From the NCBI RefSeq assembly GCF_004010195.1, contig NC_057730.1:22945258-23009257 (forward strand): 64,000 bases of DNA, given 5' to 3'. This DNA comes from Chiloscyllium plagiosum. Lineage: Eukaryota. Of this stretch, positions 23,760 through 35,000 are shown one piece after another. Position 1 is the stretch's first letter. Each line of letters opens with the position of its first letter. Below the pieces are notes generated by a model, which worked only from the letters and a program-made list of their open reading frames with translations, was not told where the DNA came from and made no database searches. The position numbers and the translations under genes are program-made.

Positions 23760-24370
23760 TCGGTGGCCACGATACATGCGCTCGCGCATGCTCTATTGCG
23801 GCGGTTGGAGGGTGCCGGCAGCTGAGCGGTTGCTATGTAGCGTCTCCAGGGCGGCGCGGGCGTGATGGAAGGAGGATAACGTCATAGCTGCTGATCCGAG
23901 TGATGGCGGCGCCGAGAGACTGGGGACAAATGTGAGGGAACACAGGGAGCGAGAACTACCGGGGCCCGAAAGCGAGAAAACCCAGAGAGAAAGATCGAGC
24001 TCCACCAGGAGCTGATAGTTTGATATTCGGGAAAGGGGTCGAGGAGTGGAGTGGGGTGGGGGAGAGTGGTGAGTTTTAAGTGGGTGTGGGGAGAATGGAG
24101 CTGACCGATCCCCAGTGAACGGAATCGCAGCCGTTCATGGAGCCTACCCCGGGGCCGGAGGGGGCCGGAAGCCCGGGGGTAGGGTTAGAGCCCCCCGCGC
24201 CCGGGAACCCAGGATTTGAGTCGGAGTGCGAGAGGCTGCGAGTCGTCTTTGATTTGTTTGACCTGGCCGGGGAAGGGTTGATCCGGCTGGAAGATTTTTG
24301 TCAGATCGCCAGCAGCTACGGCGCGGAGCAGGTAGGAAGAACGGGCACAGCCAGGAGGATGCAGTCATCC
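23760..24370 (+). promoter_or_regulatory. CpG island / promoter and first exon of RAB11FIP3
   Basis: GC- and CpG-rich. NRF1-like CGCGCATGC near 23783, X-box half-site GTTGCTATG at 23829-23837, YY1-like GATGGCGGC near 23902. Confidence 0.75.
24137..24331 (+). CDS. RAB11FIP3: RAB11 family-interacting protein 3, coding exon 1 (first EF-hand)
   Basis: MEPTPGPEG...ERLRVVFDLFDLAGEGLIRLEDFCQIASSYGAEQ; donor CAG|GTAGGA. The YGAEQ exon end and the position downstream of DECR2 favour FIP3 over FIP4. Start codon uncertain. Confidence 0.88.
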
Positions 24371-26831
24371 CTGTCGGGGTTTAACTGTTTGTCCCAGTAT
24401 CAGTTTTGCGAAGTGGCAATTTTTTTTTTTAGAAAGCACTGTGACTGAGTCACTGCTATGGATAAGTGGCCCCTCGGTGGGGGTTTATTCCATAGTGGTA
24501 CTGTGTTCAGGATTTTAAATAGGACAGCGGCTTAAATTTTAATTTTTTCTTTGAAAATACTTTGCAATTTGGTGCTTTGCTTATCAAAGAAAAGCTAAAC
24601 CAAATCTATAGTCGCCCAGTTTGCACGATTTAAGGGTCATTCAAGTGCAGCTTCATAATCAATTGAGTGTTCCCAACGCAGATAATAGGACAGACTTTCT
24701 TATTAACGTAGAAGATATTAAGGAGTAATAATTTGAGGATCGCAAATATGGTCATGAATAGCGGTGTTTTCATATTTATTTTTGACTTTTGTGCACACCA
24801 CCTGCATCTGGTAAATAACCGTCTACATTCAAATGTAGGTTGGAACATGGATGTGCTGGATGATGTGGGGTGGCAAAAATGGAAATTCACTGTGCACCAG
24901 GGCCGCTAAGAATTGAACCTGGTGCTGATAAACATGCTATATCTGGCCCTAATTGGAAAGCTAAGCACAATTTTGTTGGGAAGTAAACAACTTTCATCTA
25001 TATGGAGTTACAAAGGATACAGGACTGATACTTTGCAGGATTCTCATTGAGTCACTGGGATTGTGATTGTAGCAGTAAGTTTCTATTCCTTGGAAATTAG
25101 ATTGGCAATTGCTTATGGTTCTGAAAAGTCCTGTTGGACTCAAACCGTTAACTCTCCTTGCATACCTGAGTTTCTGCAGCATTCTTCTTGGTATTTGGCT
25201 GATGTACCTCGATTGCTTTGATGTAATATTGTATTTGTATGGACCTTGTCTGTGAGACTTTCCCTGAATATTACCACCTTGCATAGATCTGACCTGATTT
25301 TTCTATTCAATCCAGTATCATGTGGAGTACTAGAAAGTTTTTTTTTGTGTGGAAAAGAATTTCTCCTGTTTGTTTATTCTTGGTTTTAGTCATGGCTTCT
25401 TGTTTTGTTCATTTAGTCTCAACTTGCAAGTTGTGCATGTGCTCTGAAGAAAGTGTAAGTCAATTAGGGTGACATGCAGTAGTAATTGAATCTGCTGAGC
25501 ACATTACTTGAAACTGCGCTCCTTGGTGTTAGCTGGCTCCTAATTTTTGCAGCCATTCATTTTGATACCTAAGGGAATGAATTGGTATTAGTGTGATGAG
25601 TGGATAGGGTATCTCAAACATGAGACAAACCAGTTGTGTCCCAGTGTTTGTTGGATATGTTAGTTTGACAAATTTTTAAAAAAGAAACCGTAACAGGTGA
25701 TTATTGTCCAAGTAGCCATTTTGATAGGGTATGCAACTGAAAGCTGATCTTGAATCAACAGAACAGTGAGGTTAAGAACAGCCTGGTTCATTTTAGTTTA
25801 ATGGTCATAACCAAAGCTGAAGGCATTGAGAAAAATGAAGGTGCTGCGTTATGAAGTCAGAGGAGACTATTAACTTTGATTATTACTTTATGTATCATGG
25901 TAGCGAAAAGGTTCAAAATAATGGGAAATTATGGACACAATTGGAAGGCAGTGTATTCAGGACCCAATCCTTATTCAAATGTTTAAAATTTTCTTGGCAT
26001 TTAACAATCCCTGAAATCTTAAATTTTTTTGGATACAAGATATACTTGTATCTGTAAACATGTAGGAATTTGGAGTATGAGGAGGAAGCAGCTTTCCATC
26101 AAGCTTGCCCACCCTTAGCTAAATAATACTGAATGTCTGACTCTGGTAAACATTTCAGTGTTTAATTCTCAGATTAGGGTATTACGGTAGAAAGTTTCCT
26201 GCCAGTGCACCATTCTGCATGGGTCATATGTCCATATAGTTTTTGTTGTAGGAGCATTAGGGCAGAACTGTACACAATTACACAAACCTACTTTTGGTGC
26301 AAAACAATTTGAGAAGCGCTTAGCCAAAATGAGAGTGAATGGTATTTGCTACTTTAGTACAATTCATTCAAAATGCCTGAATCAGTCTGAAGGAGTTAGG
26401 ATGTATTTGAGAGAACACTGAAGGGAAAAAGAATAAAATGGAGAATTGCACAATGGTGGGACAGAGAAACTGTTAAGTCTGGCAACATCTGTAGAGAGAA
26501 AAAACAATTAACATTTTGCTTCTGTCCCTTGGACTCTCTCCACCTACCATTTACCCCATCGCCATCCTTTCTTGTGCATAAAAACAACTTTTTCCATCTA
26601 CCCTCAGTTCTGATGAAGGGTAACCTGAACTTAGAAACATTTTCTATCTACAGATGCTGTAAGACCTGCTGAGTTTTTCTGGCAATTTGTTTGGTTTGTT
26701 TTTGGATTTCCAGCATCTGAAGTTTTTTTTGGTTTTTAGTTCTGATGTGGAGGTGCTGGTGTTGGACTGGGGTGGACAAAGTTTAAAAATCATACCATAC
26801 CAGGTTATAATCCAACAGGTTTATTTGGAAG

Positions 26832-26866
26832 TACAAGCTTTCGGAGTCCTGCTCCTTCATCAGGTA
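26832..26866 (-). ncRNA. Minimal type I hammerhead ribozyme core (family B, intact)
   Basis: Minus strand reads TAC-CTGATGA-A-GGAG-CAGGA-CTCC-GAAA-GC-TT-GTA: stem I TAC/GTA, stem II GGAG/CTCC, palindromic AGCT stem III. Confidence 0.65.
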
Positions 26867-27004
26867 GCTGTGGAGTAGGATCAGAAGACACAGAATTTAT
26901 AGCAAAAGATCATAATGTCATGCGTGCAACTGATACAATCTATTGAACAAACCTAGATTGCTGTTAAGTCTTTCATCTTTTAGAATGGGTGCAGGTTTCA
27001 GCTC

Positions 27005-28285
27005 CCTAAAGCGCTCTGCTAGGAGGCGCCCAGTCTCCCCAATGTAGAGGAGACCGCATCGGGAGCAACGGATACAATAAATGATATTAGTGGATGTGCA
27101 AGTAAAACTTCTTTGGATGTGGAAGGCTCCTTTAGGGCCTTGGATAGAGGTGAGGGAGGAGGTGTGGGCGCAGGTTTTACAGTTCCTGCGGTGGTAGGGG
27201 AAAGTGCCAGGATGGGTGGGTGGGTTGTAGGGGGGCGTGGACCTGACCAGGTAGTCACGGAGGGAATGGTCTTTGCGGAAAGGGGTGGGGAGGGAAATAT
27301 ATCCCTGGTGGTGGGGTCTTTTTGGAGGTGGCGGAAATGTCGGTGGATGATTTATGCGAAGGTTGGTAGGGTGGAAGGTGAGCACCAGGGGCGTTCTGTC
27401 CCTGTTACGGTTGGAGGGGTGGGGTCTGAGGGCGGAGGTGCGGGATGTAGACGAGATGTGTTGGAGGGCATCTTTAACCACGTGGCAAGGGAAATTGCGG
27501 TCTCTGAAGGAGGCCATCTGGTGTGTTCTGTGGTGGAACTGGTCCTCCTGGGAGCAGATCTGGCGGAGGAATTGGGAATACGGGATGGCATTTTTGCAAA
27601 AGGTAGGGTGGGAAGAGGTGTAATCCAGGTAGCTGTGGGAGTTGGGGGTTTGTAAAAAAATGTCAGTGTCAAGTCGGTTGTCATTAATGGAGATGGAGAG
27701 GTCCAGGAAGAGGAGGGAGGTGTCAGAGATGGTCCAGGTAAATGCGCTTTAGGGAACATCTCCGGGACACCCACACCAATCAACCACACCGCCCCATGGC
27801 CCAACATTTCAACTCCCCCTCTCACTCTGCCGAGGAAATGGAGGTCCTGGGCCTCCTTGACCGCCGCTCCCTCACCACCAGACTCCTGGAGGAAGAACGC
27901 CTCATCTTCCACCTCGGAACACTTCAACCCCAGGGCATTAATGTGGACTTCAACAGTTTCCTCATTTCCCCTTCCCCCACCTCACCCTAGATCTAAACTT
28001 CCAGCTCAGCACTGTCCCCATGACTTGTCTGGACTTGTCCTACCTGCCTATCTCCTTTTCCACCTATCCTCTCCTCCCTGACCTATTACCTTCATCCCCT
28101 CCCCCACTCACCCATTGGACTCTATGCTACTTTCTCCCCACCCCCACCCTCCTCTAGCTTATCTCTCCACGCTCCAGGCTCACTGCCTTTATTCCTGATG
28201 AAGGGCTTTGGCCTGAAACGTCGATTTCGAAGCTCCTTGGATGCTGCCTGAACTGCTGTGCTCTTCCAGCACCACTAATCCAGAA
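27005..28285. mobile_element. Penelope family A copy with 5' inversion (RT thumb, linker and GIY-YIG)
   Basis: Minus segment encodes ...CKTC...IIYCIRCSRCGLLYIGETGRLLAERFRE; plus segment restarts at RFREHLRD and runs to the 3' end. TSD GCAGGTTTCAGCTC at 26991-27004 and 28286-28299. Confidence 0.9.
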
Positions 28286-29214
28286 GCAGGTTTCAGCTCA
28301 TTAATATAAATCCCAGAACTTCTTTCAAGTTACATTCTTGAGATAAATTTTAAGGTTTCATTTTTTTTTAAAAAAGTGACATTTTAGCTCAGATGATGTG
28401 TTAAAGGTAAGATTAGAGTCTGTCTGTATCCCAGTCTTGCATCAGAGTGGCTCCTTTTTCAAAGTAGGAATTTATAAACTATCGCATTGATTGGCTGCCC
28501 GTGTGTGTGTAAAATGTAGTGGGGGTCACCTGCGGTGTGGCATGAACCCAAGGTCCTGGTTGAGGCTATCCTCATGGGTACTGAACTTGGTTATCAGTCT
28601 CTGCTTGACCATTCTGCATTGTTGTGCATCCTTAAGTCTTCCTTGGAGGTTTTCAGTTAACATTTCAAGTTCAGCAACCTTTTTTTGTCAAAACTGAAAG
28701 CAGCTCGGAAAGTGTGGTGTTTCTGGTGATGTTGGGGGGTGATGTTGTGAATAGAGTGCATGAGGACAGTGCTAAGTGTGAGAGAAGGGTAAGCAAACGG
28801 ATTGCTGATAAATGGTGAGTTGAATGCTAATGTGGTGTGAATGGTTGAAAATAGATTGGCTGGCTGTGCTGGGAGTGACCCATATCAAACGGTTTTAGAG
28901 GTGTGGGACCAGGTCATGTGGAGGAGGATATTCATGTTCTGAAGTTAGTTTAACTCCATGTTGAGTCTGAAGGATTTCAGTTACCTAGGTGGAAGATGAG
29001 GTACTGTTCCTTCAGCTTGCATTGAGTTTTGCTGGAGCCTGAGATACACATTGGTGTGGGGACATGATGTGCCCAAGTTTCAGGCAGCTGGAGACTTGGG
29101 GTTTATTTTTATAGGTAATTTAGGTGTTCCAAAAAGCTGTCTCACAATCTGTTTCCTCTCCCCATTGTCGAGGAGATAACATTGTTAGCGATTTTGAGAA
29201 GACATTTAACTCCG

Positions 29215-29932
29215 GTTGATACATCTAAGTTAGCTTGCTGAACTTGGAGGTTAGTTTTCAGACATTTCTTCACCATATTAGGTAACCTCATCCATGAAAG
29301 TCTTTGGTGAAGCGTGGGTGGTGTGTGCCACCTCTATTTATAGTCTAGGTTTCTTAAGGTGGCTGATGTCGTCATTTCCGATGCTTTTTTCAAGGCAAAG
29401 TAAGTAGGGTCTAAGTTGGTGTTTATTGATGGAGTTCCTTTTAGAATGCCAAATCTCTAAGAATTCTCATGCTTGTCTGTTTTGCCTGTCCTAGGATGTG
29501 TTGTCCCAGTCAGTGGTGTCCTTCTTTGTCTGTATGTGTGGAAACTAGTGAGAGTAGGTCATGTCTTTTGGTGGCCAGCTGGTGTTCATGTATCCTGGTG
29601 GCAAGTTTCCTGCTAATTTGTCCAATTTTTTTTTTTTTTAAAAGTTCTTGCATGGTATCTTGTAAATGACATTAGTTTTGTTGATATCTTTTAGGTTCAT
29701 TAGTTGCTGCTTAAGTGTGTTGGTAGGTTTGTGGGCTACCATAATGCCAAGTGGTCTGAGTAGTCGGAAAGTACTTTCTGATATGCCTTTGATGTAAGGT
29801 AACATGGCTATTTGGCATCATAGTAGCCCACAAACCTACGAACACACTTAAACAGCAACTAATGAACCTAAATGACCCATTAGATAATACCAGAAAAACT
29901 AACATCATTTACAAGATACTATGCAAGAACAA
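29215..29932 (-). mobile_element. Penelope family C decayed copy with inverted internal duplication
   Basis: Start resembles 2703-2850. 29643-29750 is the reverse complement of ~29812-29930, which encodes HKPTNTLKQQLMNLNDP...NIIYKILCKN (region leading into GIY-YIG). Confidence 0.7.
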
Positions 29933-29944
29933 AAAAAAAGCCAG

Positions 29945-32040
29945 TCATAGAGATGTACAGCACGGAAAAAGACCCTTCGGTCCAACTCGTCCATGCTGAC
30001 CAGATATCCCAACCCAATCTAGTGCCACCTACCAGCACCTGGCCCATATCCCTCCAAACTCTTCCTATTCATATACCCATTCAGATGTCTTTTAAATGTT
30101 GCAATTGTACTAGCCTCCTCCGCTTCCTCTGGCATACTCGTTTCCCTCTGTGTGAAAAGGTTGCCCCTTGGGTCTCTTTTATATCTTACTCTAAACCTAT
30201 GATGTCGAGTTCTGGACTCCGGTCACCCCTCAGCCTTTGATGCTCCAGGGCAAACAGCCCCAGCCTATTCAACTTCTCCCTATAGCTCAAATCCTCCAAC
30301 CCTGATAACATCATCCTTGTAAATCTTTTCTGAGCCCTTTCAAGTTTCACAACATCCTTCTGATAGGAAGGAGACCAGATTGCACTCAATATTCCAAAAG
30401 TTGCCTAACCAATGTCCTGTACAGCTGCAACATGTCCACCCAACTCCTGTACTCAGTACTCTGATCAATAAAGGAAAGCAAACCAAATGCCACCTTCACT
30501 ATCCTATCTCCCTGCGACTCCACTTTCAAGGAGCTATGAACCTGCACTCCAAGGTCTCTTTGTTCAGCAACACTCCCTAGGACCTTGCCTTTCCCAAAAT
30601 GCAGCACCTCGCATTTATCTGAATTAAACTCCATCTGCCACTTCTCAGCCCATTGGCCCATCTGATCAAGATCCCGTTGTAATCTGAGGTAGTTTTCTTC
30701 CCTGTCCACTACACCTCCTCCAATTTTGGTGTCGTTGGCAAACTTTCTAACTATACCTCTTGTGATCATATCCAAATCATTTCTATAAATGCCAAAAAGT
30801 AGTGGACCCAGCACTGATCCTTGTGGCACAGGCCTCCAATCTGAAAAACAATCCTCCACCACCGCCCTCTGTTTCCTACCTTTTTTTTGAGCCAGTTCTG
30901 TATCCAAATGGCTAGTTCTCCCTGTATTCCATGAGAACTAACCTTCCTAACCAGTCTCCCATGGGGAACCTTGTCAAATGCCTTCTGGATTCCATTTAGA
31001 TCACGTCCACTGCTCTCCCCTCATCAATCCTCTTTGTTACATCCTCAAAAAACTCAATCAAGTTCATTATTCATGATTTCCCACACACACAACCATGTTG
31101 AATATCCCTAATCAGTCCTTGCCTTTCCAAATACATGTGCATCCTGTCCCTCAGAATTCCCTCCAATAACTTGCCCACCACCGTCACGCTCACTAGTCTA
31201 TAGTTCCCTGGCTTGTCCTCACCATCCTTCTTCAACAGAGGCACCACATTAGCCAACCTCCAGTCTTCCAGCACCTCACCTGTGACTATTGACGATATAA
31301 GTATCTCAGCAAGTTGCCCAGCAATCACTTCCTTAGCTTCCCACAGAGTTCTACGGTACACCTGATCAGGACCTGGGAATTTATCAACTTTTGTGTTTCC
31401 AGACATCCAGCACTTCCTCCTCTTGTAATGTGGACATTTTTCAAGATGTCACCATCTATTTCCCTACAAACTCTATCTTCCATGTCCTTCTCTGATGCAA
31501 AATACTTGTTTAGCATCTGCCCCATCTCCTGCGGCTCCACACAAAAGCCGCTTTGCTGTTCTTTGAGGGGCACTATTCTCTCCTGAGTTACCTTTTGTCT
31601 TTTAATGTATTTGTTTTAAAAAAAAAGCCCTTTTGGATTCTCCTTAACTCTATTTGCCAAAGTTATCTCATGTCCTTTTTTTTTGCCCTCCTGATTTCCT
31701 TAAGTATACTCCTACTACCTTTATACTCTTATAAGGATTCATTTGATCTAACTTGACATATGCTTCCTTCTTTTCCTTAACCAAACCCTCAATTTCTCTC
31801 GTCATCCAGCATTCCCGATACCTACCAGCCTTTCCTTTCACCCTAACAGGAATATACTGTCTCTGGGCTCCTGTTTCATTTCTGAAGGCTTTCCATTTTC
31901 CCAGCTATCCTTTTACCTGCAAACATCTGCCCCCAATCAGCTTTTGAAAGTTCTTGCCTAATACCGTTCAAATTAGCCATCCTCCAACTTAGAACTTCAG
32001 CTTTCTAGATCTGGTCTATCCTTTTCCATCACTATTTTTT
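29945..32040 (-). mobile_element. CR1/HER1-like LINE with RT domain
   Basis: Minus-strand peptides PGPDQVY, WRLANVVPL, PQGSVLGP, KFAND, LQLYRTLVR; 3' tail at 29945. Confidence 0.92.
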
Positions 32041-32044
32041 AAAA

Positions 32045-35000
32045 TATATTTTTATTGGAAAAATGTTTTTTTAATATTACAACAAATACAGAACAATTTT
32101 TAAAAAACCCAACCCACCCTCCTGTACAAATGTAAAAACCTATATAGAAAAGTATAGAATAAAAAAAACTCAAACTGCCTATTTAACTTTAATAAATAAA
32201 AACCAGCAACAAACTAATAAATAGTAAATCAGCCCAGCCAGGCAAAACACTCATACGTTCACAGTTCCTCCTCTCTGGTTATTGGACTCTTTAAAAACAT
32301 AATCGTTACAGCTATATAAAAGCCTTTGTTAGTGTGGCAGATAAATCTGTGTCCAGGTATTCCAGAAAGGGCTGACATGTCTTAAAAATTCTCAGTTTTG
32401 TAGTGTACCCTATCTGTGAGAAAATCCAAGGGAAATATGCTCCATGACAATCTTTTGCCAACTTGACAGGCCTGGAGGGGTTTTTGGATATCCAACCTCG
32501 CAAGATACTTTTTCTTGCATAGAATGTGAGAATATTGTAAAGTTGTTTTCTTATGCGAGTCTGCAGGGAATACAGTGGGCAGGCCCTGAAGTAGAGAGAA
32601 AAGATCCTCCTCCACCCTTACACCCAAAATCCTCTCCATTGTGCCCGTCACAGCACTCCAATATGTTTGAAACCTATCGCAAGACCAGAGACAATGGGTA
32701 AGAGTGCCCGTACAGACCTTGCACTTGGGACATGCTGAAGATACCCTGGTCTAAATTTTGACAAATGGTCCTATTGCAAATTGATGTCTTCCTTGCATTC
32801 TCTCAAATATGCTCCCATGCTTCTGAAGGAACTTCAACACTCAGCTCTTTCTCCCACACCCTGCAGAATCGATCACATTCATCTGAGGGGACACCCCAAA
32901 TTGATAAAAAGTACTGACAGAAAGTGTACTCTTAGCACTTAGCACCCATCTTTATGTCAGATTTATAGGGATCAGTCAAAAGTGTAGTTTTTTAATTAAA
33001 ATCCCTAACTTGAAGAAAAACGAAAGAGGTCTCTATTAGATAACTCGTACTTCTGTAATTACTGATCGAAGGACATCATTAAGTCTCCCTCAAATAAATC
33101 GCCCATGCAAGGCACACCCCTAGCTGCCCAACGTTTAAATCCTGAATCTATCATCCCTGGTTGAAAACCCCAGCATAAAGGTGTAAATGAAGATGTTTTG
33201 CCAATATTGCCTTTCCTATGCCAAATTGTCGTCCTGCTTTAACAGCATTGAAGACAATTGGGTTATGGCAGTATTCCCCAATTGTCCTCATTTTTGTCCA
33301 AAAACAGCAAACTGGTAAGGGGGCACCTTGCCTGGGAGGCTTCGATATCTAGCCATATTGAAAGAGGCTCCCCACAAGCCCAATCACTCTCATAGGACAA
33401 AAGCGAGCTTAGTTGGTAATTTTTCATGCCCGGAAGGCAAACCCCCCGCCGCCCCCCAAAATGTCTGAGGCAATTGCAGTTTACCTAATTTAATGAGGGG
33501 CTGCCAAATAAAAGAGCTGAACCAGCCGTTCAGCCTCCTGAGTGTCTGCTTATTGAAAATGAGAGGGAGCATCCGTCTAGGGTATAGCAAACGGAGAATA
33601 GTCATCTTAAGTGCTATCCGACCCAAACACGAGACTGGAAGTGCCTCCCATCGTTGAAGGTCTTGTTTAATTTTATCAAATAACTGCATCAAAGTTGGCT
33701 TTGAACAGCTGATCTAGCACTGGAATAAGGAATATGCCCAAATACACACAACCCCCGTGTGACCACCTAAATGGGAATCTAAAGTTACCCTCAAGACCCA
33801 GCTCCTTCATAAGACCACCCATAGGCATAGCCTCTGATTTTGCAAAATTAATTTTATACCCCAAAAAAGTGCCAAACGCGTGCATGCGTTGTATCAGGCG
33901 AGGCACTGAAACTGGTGGATTTGTCAAAAAAATTAGGACATCGTCTGCATACATCAAAATCTTATGTAATTTTGACCCCACTTCTGGAGGTGATATATTG
34001 GGATCCAAACGAATGGCCTTCGCCAATGGTTCAATCACCAACGCAAAAAGCAGTGGTGAAAGGGGGCAGTCCTGCCGGTTGCCCGTAAAAATACTAAAAT
34101 TGCTTGATCGTACCCCATTGGTGATCTCTGTCGCGAGAGGGCTGACGTGGAGAAGCTATACCCATCTTATAAAGACTTCACCCAAATCAAATCGCTCCAG
34201 AGTATAGACAAGGTACGGCCACTTAACTCAGTCAAATGCCTTCTCTGCATCTAGAGAAATCACCAATCCCTGTATTGACTGTTGTGTGACTGTTTTGACA
34301 CATTTGAATTACATTTAAGCAGCCTCCTAACATTATTGGAGGATCTGCGACTCTTTATGAAGCCTGTCTGATCCTCTTTAATAATAGTCTCCAGCCTTAA
34401 CGTGAGAGTCTTAGAGAGGATTTTAAAGTCCACATTTAAGTGTGAGATGGGCCTGTATGAAGCACAGTCTTCCGGATCCTTCCCTTTTTAAGAATAAGTG
34501 AAATATTGGCCCCCCTCAGATGGTGGGAGACTGTCGTGACTGTATGAATCATTAAACATATTGAGCATCGGGCCTGACAGCATACTTAACTTCTTATAGA
34601 ATTCACTGGGAAGTCCGTCAGGACCAGGCGCCTTTCCACTGTGAAGTTGCCTCACTGCTTCCTGCACTTCTTGCTCTAAGGGGTCATTGAGAAAGGCCTC
34701 TTGTTCAGGAGTCAGTCCCGGGAGCTTCAGATCCTTAAGATTCTATTTTGGTCTGCCCCTCCTCTCAATCCTCAGCTTTGTATAACTTTAGAGTAAAATT
34801 TCTGGAACGCCACATTAATCTTTTTAGAATCACCTGTTGGGTTCCTAGCCCCTTAGCTAATCACATAATGGTTTATGGGACACTCCTTTTCCTGGCAAGA
34901 TATGTTAAGTATTTGCCTGGCTAGTCATCTTACTCGTATAACCTTTGCTTTGCAAAAGCTACCTCCTTCTTTGCCATCTGCGTGAGCACGGGATTTAATG

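Larger units (their letters stand above)
26745..28650 (-). mobile_element. Penelope family B copy interrupted by a family A copy
   Basis: Family B 3' end at 26745-27004 resumes at 28300-28650 and runs into the GIY-YIG C-terminal coding sequence. Confidence 0.75.

Noticed and set aside
24116-24118. Selenocysteine reading of the in-frame TGA in RAB11FIP3
   Set aside because: FIP3 is not a known selenoprotein, the context is not redox-like, and the 3'UTR needed to test for a SECIS lies outside the window.
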